DNA from: Phoronis australis
Taxonomy: Eukaryota > Animalia > Phoronida
Assembly (NCBI GenBank): GCA_002633005.1
Contig: NMRA01000142.1
Coordinates: 664,860-728,859, forward strand
DNA: 64,000 bases
Reading direction: 5' to 3'
The translations under genes were made by a program, and so were the position numbers. The notes under the pieces were generated by a model. The model did not search any database, was not told the DNA's origin, and saw only the letters and a list, made by a program, of their open reading frames with translations. Every line of letters starts with the position of its first letter. The stretch's first letter is position 1. Shown here piece by piece: positions 1 through 9,013 of the stretch.

Positions 1-360
1 CTGCAAATGCATCGAGCATGTTATAGCATCAGTGTACCCCTTTTCGACCCCCCCCCTTTCAACCTATTTTTGGGCTTGCATATAAGTTACTGCAAAAGCT
101 CTTATGATCTTATAAAACATATTTTCCAGGCTTTTGTGTTGTGTAGAAAATCGATCAAGAGGACAAAAAATAAACTTTGATTGAAGATCCACTCACTTGC
201 CTCGAAACAATGTACTCACAATCAACCCCCCACTACCATTGTCTTCCAAAACACATGCTTCTGTATGTCGCTGCAACTTATTGCTGACAGTCAAATATAG
301 TGATAATTTTAATTTAATTAACTTCTTGAAGCAAGTATTCGTTAGTAGTCTATGTTGTGC

Positions 361-909
361 TCATATCCCAGCAGTTTTGTGCCCTTCTAAGTGTCTTTCT
401 ACTATATGTGATAACTTAAGGTTACCTTTATTTTGAGTGATTCCAATCATGCCTCTGGTTTTGGAGTCCCTGTTTACTGTCTGCTCAGTCAGTTGATCAA
501 AAGCGACGCGGTAGAAGCTGTAATCCTCATGTTGCTTCACACTAAAGCCAGTGCTAATCAAGGTCTCGTAAATCTGTGGGTGACTAGACTCCAGTTGACT
601 CCTCTCGATCAAATATGCTGGCAGATACCTGGCATAATTCACCCTGTCATAAGCAAAATACCATGGCAGCATCGAATATAGTGTAGCGAGGTGTACATGG
701 CACAGCCCTTCTCGGGTTGCTCTGAGGAACTGCAGCGGCAGCCCAACCATGTCCAAGTAAGATGACCAGAAATCATAAGTGGGATGACCCTCTCTCTGTT
801 TCCCTATGAATCTGTCGTAACTTCCCAGGACGCTAACAGTCTGCTCTTCTTTTAGGCAGTCGACAGACTGGGTAGATGGACCCAATTCATCGAGACATTG
901 ACCAAACAT
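361..909 (-). mobile_element. Degenerate DNA-transposon transposase fragment, Academ(X)-like
   Basis: Motifs FWSSYLDMV..FLRATREG..HL, FAYDRVNYARY and DQLTEQTVNRDSKT.G are typical of the large invertebrate transposases I associate with Academ. The ORF is truncated and the family call is from memory. Confidence 0.55.
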
Positions 910-2313
910 AGCCTATTTCACTAATTAAGATTCTTCATATTGTTGCCTTGATAACCTGAAGTAAGAAAGCAACAAGTTACAAAACACGACTTCAAAGCAC
1001 AAATTTGCCACAAAATTTAAAGAAATATTAGTCATTTTGTGGCACATAATCAAGCCTTGAAGAGCAGTTGGCTGTCAAACAAAAAAGCCTTTTCAAAAAT
1101 ATTTCAACTTTTTTTAGTCTAGTGTAAGATCATCTGAATGGGAAATTCACAGTAAAATAATTAGAATATTCCTAATATTTTTTGCACAACATCCTGAAAA
1201 TTGAACAAAGTTCCTTTTTTAGCAGCGTTTGTCAAAATGTATCAACGTTAAATCTTCACAAATTACAAAGTAGCCAGTTGAACATTCCTTTTAGTTCAGC
1301 AAAAGTCGCCATGTTGTTGGTGCCGCTGGAAATGAGACTAAGTCCAACGGGAATTCTCAGCACTTTTATCACTCAATAAGTAAGAACTGCAATGCTGAAA
1401 TTTGGTGGAAACTGTTGAATCGCACTGAATAGTAAGTAAAGATATGTCTTACTAATTTTCACCGTAAATTATCGGCGAAAATAATTTATACTAAGTTTTA
1501 AACTCGTAACTGATTCCGCTGTCGTCTAAGATGGCCGAACCGATCCAAACAAGTGAGCCAAATTTCGCCACAAAAATTGCAATAACTTTGCACTGCTTCG
1601 CTCGATTTTGATAATTATTCGATTTTTATTGAGTAGGATGCATTATCTTTCCGATGATAGTAGAAAATTTTTTCAAAACGAAAAAAAAATTTTGGTTCGA
1701 CTGCCCTACTCTGATCCGTTAGGAAAACTTAAAAGCTTCTTTGGGATGACAGTTTCAGTCTTTGCACTCAGTGTTGACCCATTTTTTGAGCTGTCAATAG
1801 CCTTGGACCTTGTAATCTGAGAAAATTCCAGGAGCTTCGAATTTTTAGATGAATCTGAGATATGGATGCAGCAAGAGGCAGACATCTTGCCAGAGTTGCT
1901 GTGCAGAGTCCAACACTCTTTCAATCATTCATCATGGCTTAGACAGTGTCCCAGCTGACACAAAACTGCTGTTTGCCATGCACAAAATAATGTCAAGAAC
2001 AAGAATTGATGAGACCTGGCTTGACATTCCTTAATGTCTAACTGCTGTACTCTACTGATTTATGGCCCTTGGTAATTGTCAACAATTAATACTATCCAAT
2101 ATAGTAAGTGGATGTATAAAACTTCGGCAAGCCAGCAAGATAACATCAGCTGTGAAGCAGACAACTTGAGGTGCCTCGAGGCAAGGCCAAGTGGCTGGTT
2201 TGACCGACGTCAGCGGGAGTTGACTCAGGGGTGTACCTGATAAGAATTACTAAACCTGTACTTATATCCTGCGGTTTTTGAGACTCGGTACAAGAAGGTT
2301 GGTTTTAATTCTG

Positions 2314-2319
2314 TTTATT
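2314..2319 (-). terminator. Viral polyadenylation signal AATAAA
   Basis: tttatt on the + strand at 2314-2319, ~120 nt after the last viral ORF and ~130 nt inside the terminal palindrome. Confidence 0.6.
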
Positions 2320-2441
2320 TGATCCTGTATAACATGAACAAAGCAGTCATTTTACATATGTTAAAATAGCATCGCATGGTGTAGAATGTGAACACACTTT
2401 ATATATAAAAGGAAACCATGCGTCCATATCCGCATAAGTAT

Positions 2442-2839
2442 TCAGTATAGAATTACAGAGACGTTGCAATTGATCCATAACATTCTATTAGTAATACGGC
2501 CATCCCAGAACAAATATTCTGTGCGTAATAGTGACCAAATATGATGTAAAGTACTGTCAAGTAAATCGAGTAGAATAGCTTTCAATGTTATAAAACACAG
2601 ATAATCTGCACATCGTGTTTCATCTTTACATGCTTGGCTCCAGTAATCAAAATAGTCCTCAAATTTATTACAACAATACCAAATCCATCTGCAGTATTTA
2701 CGTATACCCCTTAATATGCGGTGGTCAGTCCTCAGTATCCGTGTCAGCGAATTCGTCAATCCGCACTCTCTTGCGTGCAGGTCCCGCAGTAGGTGAGGTG
2801 CTCTTCTGTTTAACCGTCTGGGCCTTAGAATATTTGTCA
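2442..2839 (-). CDS. Putative spliced 3' accessory exon of the parvovirus (~131 aa, R/W/C/Y-rich), overlapping the VP C-terminus
   Basis: Open frame with no initiating ATG. It begins exactly at a consensus acceptor CCTGAT-AAACTTCCTGCTCTTTTCAG|TG (AG at 2841-2840), in phase 1. Confidence 0.5.
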
Positions 2840-4350
2840 CTGAAAAGAGCAGGAAGTTTATCAGGACCTTTTACATGAAGCAGGGCACTGGGTTGACGTA
2901 GGTTAGCATAAGCTGTAGGATCATCCGCAGCACCGTCGTTATTGTCAATAGGTATTGGTATTCTAGGCGCCTTAACATTGTGTAAGCCTCCAGATCCCGT
3001 AACCATTGAAGGAGTATAGGTTTGTCCTTTGTGTTCTAGTTGCCAACCAGACGAGCGTGTAGGAACGCGAATGCCCATAACATTTTCTGCCTTAGTGTGA
3101 TCATTGTCCGTGATTTGGTTAATGGACTGCTTTGCGTATTCGTAGTCAAATTCTGTCCAAATGTCACGGTCCGGGTTGACAAGGTTAGTGCTGTCATCAC
3201 GACTTCGCGGATATATTGTTACGGTCATACTCTTTTGGCAGAAGCAAAATGCTGAAATTTCAATGGGACGTCTATCGGCATCCATGACAAGTGGGAATTT
3301 AATCAGCCATGGTGGTACAGAATCATAAGCGCCCAAACCATGCGCTTGTTGGAACATCAAATGATTATGATCACCGTATGGAGTAAATTCTGTGCCAGCA
3401 ATCCGTTGTTGTTCAACAGTCACTGGTGGAGCGCCACCTACACCGCCATAGTCTTTTGGTTCATAGCTTTGTGGCAGAATCTTATGCATCATACTGGAGT
3501 ATCCTCCAAAGTTAGACCCACCGAAATTCATGTCACATAAGGCATCTTGCGCAGCAGAAGCAAATTGTAGTTTGTAGCCAAATGCGTCTTCGGCATCAGA
3601 GTCAGTCCATAGAGTTTTTGCAATGTATTGAGGATTTTTTACGTTTGGATCAAGTCTATTCCAACCCGTAATGTTAAGACCTGCTGATGTGTTGAGATTG
3701 AATCGCCTGTACGTTGGAATCTTTGGTGTGTTAGTGAAGGAATAGGTGAAGGTTTTGCTGTTCTTACCAGGACGCAGTTCGTCGATTTCTTTCAGACGCT
3801 GTAATGGTTTTGGAAACGATAGACTTTTGAGTTTTTTATGACCAGGACGTGGAACAAATATACCGACAGTAGGTAAATCTTTATAACCCGTAGCTGCACC
3901 TGCTGTATCATAAAGAACACCTTCCGTATAATGACCTGGACGCCAGCCTTTAGACCAAGTGGCATCTGGTGATCGAAAACCACAGTGTTCGTATTAAATC
4001 CTGTTATCCTGAAAACACATAACATACATTGTGTTGTTAAACTGTGTGTATGTTTCACCAGCCATTGCAGAAGCGCCTAATGCTTTCTTACGTTCCAGTG
4101 GCATCAGGTTGGAAAGGGTGCAGGAAACACTGTCTATTTGGTATTCGTCAGCTTCTCTGTTCAACTGATAGAAGTCCTCAACAGTCATGAAGTGTCCCAT
4201 ACCATTATTGTCGATGTATTTCCAGTTGACCCATGTGTTGTTGTCTTTGTAAGTAGTGTTCCATTCCTTAGGAGGTTATTGAAATTCAGGCTTGTCACAC
4301 TGTTCTATGTACATGAATGTGTTATACGTATAGGTTTTCTGATAAGCCAT
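2725..4350 (-). pseudogene. VP: Capsid protein VP (541 codons, two premature TAA stops), chaphama/ichthamaparvovirus-like
   Basis: Manual translation from ATG 4350 (MAYQKTYTYNTFMY..) stays in one frame through ORFs 3994-4200 and 2725-3531. Stops at 4276-4278 and 3994-3996. Motifs FNNTMYVMCFQD, ELRPGKNS and PPWLIKFPLV resemble chapparvovirus VP (FNNTIY..D, ELRPGKN, PQWFIK.IPL). C-terminal NLS-like PARKRVR. Confidence 0.9.
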
Positions 4351-5389
4351 TTAAGCGGTGTTCCACAACGTGTATAAGTACGTATGTCTTCCTGTGCCAA
4401 CTCTTGTGAGCGAACTAGATACCTAGATGTTGATCGTCCGTCACCTTGCTGACAATGTACGTCCACACCATGTCCAAGGCTTTACGAGAATGACGTGCCA
4501 GTTTTGTTGTTCCCAGTTTTGATGGTCCCTGTAATCCCTTTTGAAGCCACATCCACACATTCGTGACAAACCATGAATGAAGATGCATTACAGCGGCTGC
4601 TGCATCGAATTCTCGCTGAATGTCGTGTAGGTCTCCAAGTGCTTGCATAGTACTGTCTCCAAGTTCCGAACTTATGTTGGGCGTTGTGTCTACGGATGGC
4701 GTATCCATTGATCCATCCGCCTCTGATTGGTCCTGCAGGGTCATAGCGTCCATAAGTTCGTCCATCATTGTGCCAATGGCCTCTAATTCCCCCGTCCGTA
4801 AAGGTGAAGCGTTTGGTGTTATATACCTGGAACACCCGTCTTCGAAGGCGTCGCCATGGCTTGATAGTGTACATTGCAGTGTTGGATCTGTCCATTGTTC
4901 TGATTGCGGAATTGCAGGATTGGAAGGCAGTAAAGGTGTTTGTTTTCCAGTTAGTTCTGGTTGTGGAGCAGATGTCATGTCTTTGGCTGAACTCATTCTG
5001 GCAAATTCTGTTTGATGCATATCTTGCCCTGTCGGACCAATAGTTTCGTCTTCCGACAAAGGTGCGAAAGGTACGTTTGGAGCATCTTCTCTTTGTAATG
5101 GTGTCGGCAGTTTGACCGCGTCGTCCACATTGCGAGCTGTTGACACCTGACGTACACGTTCTGTATTTGTTCGTATTGCATCGCCAAGTTCCTGCACAGC
5201 AGCGACATTTTCGGCGCGAAGGTTTGCTGCATGTAGTGAGCGTCCTTGACGCATTAGATCTGCTATTTCGCGTTGCTGACGAAGTTCGTCCTTTGGAGGC
5301 AAGTTCTGTGTCTGCATCACTGGTATTGGCGTGTCTGGAAGTAGTGGACTGTTGTGTAAACCTGTTTGAAGATGTATCAAGCCATGCAT
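4322..5389 (-). CDS. NS2/NP-like ORF overprinted on the NS1 C-terminal third (324 aa to TAG 4415-4417; the frame stays open for 30 more codons to TAA 4322-4324)
   Basis: Long alternate-frame ORF in the same position as chaphamaparvovirus NP/NS2. Candidate phase-1 acceptor CTTCAAACAG|GT at 5362/5361. Confidence 0.75.
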
Positions 5390-7040
5390 GTTTGAATTTG
5401 ATGATCATAATTCGCTGACGTAGCGGCATTTCTTGATCAGGAACATATCGCCATATTTTATGATTAGACGTCATTATCAAGGGACAACCGTCCCAATCTT
5501 CAACCGCTCTATTCTTAACATTGATTTTGCAAGGACTACCTTCTAATATTAATTTAGCTTTCTCAACAGCTTCAGGAGTAAACACAAGCTCCTCCATTAG
5601 ACCAATGCGACGTTTTCCAACAAGACTGGCCCATAAGAATTGAACGCTATCAAGTACAACTTCACCACACTGTGTACCAAATTGTCGACAGATACCACGA
5701 GCATAATAGCTTTTACCGGCATTAGATTTGCCTTCTAACAATATACTGTTAGTTTTTCCATTGTCAGATTGCAGTATACGAGACATTTGTATGTGTATCT
5801 GATGGATTTGTTCACGCGTGTAACGTTGATGTTTTAATACTTTGTATGACCATTCATGATCAGGTGCATATTGTGCAAATTGTTCAAGAATGTTTTTGTT
5901 TGCGGTAATGGCAACAAGTTGGTATCGACGACAATTGTCTACAGTAGATTGAAAGTACGGTATCGATAATCTGTCTAATACCCATTGGTTATCTAAGTGA
6001 ATTAAGTCTTCCAAGGACATTGCGCCTGTTTCATTCATCTTAGCTAGAACGTCGTCAGTTAAAATACGACGAGCAGACAGTTTTGGTTGAACACTGGTAT
6101 AGTGATTGTTGTCAGGATTGCAATAGAACTTAGCAACCTGCAGTAATGGCCAACTAGAGCTCATGACTTGTTCGACGTTTTTGCAGAAGTATTTCATAAG
6201 TCCACCGAAATTACGCACCTTCTCAGCCTTCATATACTTGAAGGCTATGCAGGACAGGTTGAACTCTTTTGTTTTTTTACTCCAGAATCTGTCCAAAGTG
6301 ATTTTGAAGTTATCGACACGTGATTGTGTATGAAACATAAGATGGAAGTGTGGACGTCCATACTTTGTGCTTTCGCGTATACCAAAAAACTTAAATTTTG
6401 GTGGAAACAAAGCCATGAGTTCCTTCAATGAAAAATTTATTTTCAAATTTCCGTACATGTCCTCGACAGCTATAACAACCGATAACCAACTGGCATTAAG
6501 TTCATCTTGAATATAAGTATCAACATCAGTTTGAGTACAATCAAAACGTTTATCGTTAGTAAAGTCTATATCCGAAACAGTAGCAGAATGGATGTCCAAG
6601 AACCATGCGTTTATTGCAGTTTGATCAGTGCATGTTGAATTGCTTGCGGATGTTTTTGATACATCTCCGCAAGTCGAATCATGTCCAGCGCTCTGGCCGG
6701 CAGGCAGTGTGTTTTGTTGTATCACTATTGCAGTATTTGCGCATGGCCAAGTTTTAATCCATGTTGCCATTGTTTCGCGACGTTTGTAGTCGTCGTTTTG
6801 CAGTGTGAGTAGAGCTATCTCCGTGTGCTCTTTTTCTATTGGCAGAGTGCATTCGTCCTCCCACATGTGCATCGTCCAGCGACATAAAGGCGTCAATGTT
6901 CGAACCGTTCCGACCAGGTTGTTGTGTTCTTTGATGTATTTGCGCATTGTTTTCGCATTCTTGAGCCCCGCTCGTTCTTTCAATAGGTTGAGCAGTGCTT
7001 TAGACAGTATCACGAAATATTGGTCACAGTTAGACTGCAT
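4482..7040 (-). CDS. NS1: Parvoviral NS1/Rep (HUH endonuclease + SF3 helicase), uninterrupted 852 aa; ~913 aa if spliced to exon 7627-7795
   Basis: HUH motif PHFHLMF, catalytic Tyr motif KYFCK, Walker A GKSNAGKS, Walker B GLMEE, B' KLILEGSPCKINVKN and motif C IMTSN. Confidence 0.97.
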   Translation of the reverse strand: MQSNCDQYFVILSKALLNLLKERAGLKNAKTMRKYIKEHNNLVGTVRTLTPLCRWTMHMWEDECTLPIEKEHTEIALLTLQNDDYKRRETMATWIKTWPCANTAIVIQQNTLPAGQSAGHDSTCGDVSKTSASNSTCTDQTAINAWFLDIHSATVSDIDFTNDKRFDCTQTDVDTYIQDELNASWLSVVIAVEDMYGNLKINFSLKELMALFPPKFKFFGIRESTKYGRPHFHLMFHTQSRVDNFKITLDRFWSKKTKEFNLSCIAFKYMKAEKVRNFGGLMKYFCKNVEQVMSSSWPLLQVAKFYCNPDNNHYTSVQPKLSARRILTDDVLAKMNETGAMSLEDLIHLDNQWVLDRLSIPYFQSTVDNCRRYQLVAITANKNILEQFAQYAPDHEWSYKVLKHQRYTREQIHQIHIQMSRILQSDNGKTNSILLEGKSNAGKSYYARGICRQFGTQCGEVVLDSVQFLWASLVGKRRIGLMEELVFTPEAVEKAKLILEGSPCKINVKNRAVEDWDGCPLIMTSNHKIWRYVPDQEMPLRQRIMIIKFKHAWLDTSSNRFTQQSTTSRHANTSDADTELASKGRTSSATRNSRSNASRTLTTCSKPSRRKCRCCAGTWRCNTNKYRTCTSGVNSSQCGRRGQTADTITKRRCSKRTFRTFVGRRNYWSDRARYASNRICQNEFSQRHDICSTTRTNWKTNTFTAFQSCNSAIRTMDRSNTAMYTIKPWRRLRRRVFQVYNTKRFTFTDGGIRGHWHNDGRTYGRYDPAGPIRGGWINGYAIRRHNAQHKFGTWRQYYASTWRPTRHSARIRCSSRCNASSFMVCHECVDVASKGITGTIKTGNNKTGTSFS

Positions 7041-7067
7041 ACGTTGTTTTTTAGCTAAAATGAAAAA

Positions 7068-7619
7068 TTACTTACATGTAACAAATGCGCCAACCATTGG
7101 ATCCCAATTACGTCCACCAGGTGCTTGAACCCATGGTATGAAATTCGGTATTCTTAACGCACGTCTATATCTATTGATTTCTGCTTGATCTAATATTTGT
7201 TTACGTACTGCAGGATCCGTAACTGGTGTTCCATCTATATAATAATTGCCTGATGGATAAAATCCATAATATGTTCCTGTCTTTTCCTGCGCTTCTGTTA
7301 TTTTAGCATATTGCGCCGGCGTACCTTTGCCTTTATATTTAGGCATTTTTGGATATTGTACTCCTACGAGAGTTTCTCCAACGTATTTTACACCTATTCC
7401 TGCAAGTCCTATACAACTATGCCAATTGCCTTCTAAACAATCTTGTCCGAATGATCCTGTAGCTTTTCTATCAGCAGCACGTACATCGTCCGATGTAGAA
7501 GCCTGATCGTACTCTAAGTCATGCACTTTAGCTATTGCATCATCTGAATCAATAGGTTCTTCGTTAGTAGTAATATCAGTACCAGGACCTATCCACTTAT
7601 GACCAGGTAAATGTGGCAT
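7068..7619 (-). CDS. Parvoviral phospholipase A2 (VP1u-type) protein, 183 aa, located upstream of NS1
   Basis: Ca-binding loop LPGHKWIGPG, catalytic DAIAKVHDLEY and downstream AD, followed by GNWHSCIGLAGIGVK..E...GV.YP resembling densovirus VP1u. Confidence 0.93.
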   Translation of the reverse strand: MPHLPGHKWIGPGTDITTNEEPIDSDDAIAKVHDLEYDQASTSDDVRAADRKATGSFGQDCLEGNWHSCIGLAGIGVKYVGETLVGVQYPKMPKYKGKGTPAQYAKITEAQEKTGTYYGFYPSGNYYIDGTPVTDPAVRKQILDQAEINRYRRALRIPNFIPWVQAPGGRNWDPMVGAFVTCK

Positions 7620-7626
7620 AACTTAC

Positions 7627-7795
7627 CGACTGGTTCGTCCGTTGCTGCGTTAGGATCTATATTCTCCTTGTTTTCATCGTCCAAGTTTACTACTTCCGGT
7701 GAAGGTTGTGAAGGCTGTGCAGTGCAGGATGCGTCTACTTGTTCAGCTACTGCAATAACGTCTTCATCCGAAGCGTCTTCCCATATACCAGACAT
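7627..7795 (-). CDS. Acidic first coding exon (56 codons + 1 nt) predicted to splice in frame to NS1
   Basis: ATG 7795; donor CG|GTAAGT at 7627/7626; acceptor TTTTTCATTTTAG|CT at 7055/7054. The join reads ..DEPV-A-KKQR-MQSN in the NS1 frame. Confidence 0.75.
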
Positions 7796-8010
7796 CTATA
7801 ACAATTAAGCAACGTATCGTCTCATCCTTCATAATCTAATATGTCATAGACCTAATGTTAAGAAGGTCTTGACCATAACATTGCTAACTGATAAATACTA
7901 AATGTTCTTACCGTCCTTTTTGTCCTTAATAGCCTGAAAACCCGAAAACTGGCTGAGTCTCAATCCCTAGCAACAACTTTACGTCCTTTCTAAACGAGCG
8001 CTTTGCAGGA

Positions 8011-8042
8011 ACTGACGCTATCTTGACCTGCAGCGCCTTATA
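8011..8042 (-). promoter_or_regulatory. Viral left-end promoter: TATA box and initiator
   Basis: Minus-strand TATAA at 8042-8038 and Inr TCAGT at 8015-8011 (A at 8013, 29 nt downstream). A leader donor CG|GTAAGA at 7912/7911 and an acceptor TTGTTATAG|ATG at 7796/7795 follow. Confidence 0.7.
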
Positions 8043-8070
8043 TCGGCCCGGCCTTAAGCGGCCTCGAGGA

Positions 8071-8537
8071 GGCTCTGGGATGTTTGAATTGCCTTTTCTA
8101 GTGTTAGTGAATCTCCACTATTAATTAGTTTTTCTTGTATTTCCTCGTCTTTTACTCCAAAGACAATTTGGTCGCGTATCATTTCATCTGGAGGCAAGTC
8201 ACTAACTGTTCGATTGTTTCCTCCCCTTGTACAGCATTGTTGAACTTGTAGCTTTCAAACATTGAGTTGTGACGCGGTTGGACATGATCTGCAAAGCGTT
8301 TGTAATTTGCTTCGAGGTTGTCTTTCTCGGATTCTTCTAATGTCCAAGTATTAAATATGCCTCTCCCTTTGTCATTGACATATAGTAATAAATACATAAA
8401 CTTTTCCTTCTCCGTTTTCTTTGCCAATGGTCCAGCGAAGATCAAATCAACATGTTGTTGAGAAAGTCTCCAAGCTTCTACCAGGTTGCTCGAATCCCAG
8501 TCAATTGACGGCGGGACAGTCCTCCTGAATGCTCCAT
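8071..8537 (-). mobile_element. gag: Ty3/Gypsy LTR retrotransposon gag, frameshifted and truncated at the viral junction
   Basis: IFAGPL..KEK..YLLL.V..KGR.IFNTW, then DEMIRDQIVFGVKDEEIQEKLINSGDSLTLEKAIQ ending at ~8071. PBS-like TGGTGTCAG at 8550-8542 lies just before ATG 8537. Confidence 0.85.
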
Positions 8538-8550
8538 TTTCCTGACACCA

Positions 8551-8805
8551 TGTAATATTTTGTGTACTATCAAGACGAAGGCAAAAGAAACTAGATTATC
8601 TATTAAATGAACTGAACAGTATGATGTACAAAGCGTGACTGAGGCTACACAGCTACTAGCATGCACTATAAACATAATGTTGGTGGCCAAGACTAATTAA
8701 TGTGGTCGCCATGATTAATTACTCTGACAGTCAGTCTAAACAAATACTGGAAGTGGACAATGAGCTCATCATGTTACAAACACCAAATCAGCAAAGACCA
8801 TAACA
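8551..8805 (-). repeat. Probable 5' LTR of the Gypsy element
   Basis: Ends ..ATTACA immediately before the PBS. The candidate start TGTTAT at 8805 is uncertain because no second LTR is visible. Confidence 0.45.
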
Positions 8806-9013
8806 TGAAATAAAGATAATTAACCCAAGTAATCAGGGAGAGACTAAGAGTTGATTGGAACACATGAAACCTTACGGCTAAATCCTATTCAAATAAGCCT
8901 TGCATTATCCGACACAGAGATAAAGAGAACTGGTCTATGAGTTTAAGAGACTCTGATTCGAACGCGGTATATTTCAAACCCTTTGCATTTCCGCTTCGTC
9001 GTTGAACTTGTGT

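Larger units (their letters stand above)
2172..8069 (-). mobile_element. Endogenous parvoviral element, near full-length monosense genome, Hamaparvovirinae-like
   Basis: Promoter, leader exon, PLA2 ORF, NS1, overlapping ORF, VP, 3' ORF and polyA signal all lie in order on one strand. A CCTCGAGG palindrome occurs at both boundaries. Confidence 0.95.

Noticed and set aside
4300-4425. A splice acceptor that fuses PLA2 to VP (conventional VP1)
   Set aside because: An in-frame TAA precedes the VP ATG. The AGs I checked nearby are phase 0 or 2, and the phase-1 AG at 4305 would give T+AA = stop. A more distal site is not excluded.
4620-5418. Plus-strand ORFs within the virus suggesting an ambisense genome
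   Set aside because: They are short antisense shadows of the dual-coding region with no motifs; all recognisable viral genes are on the minus strand.
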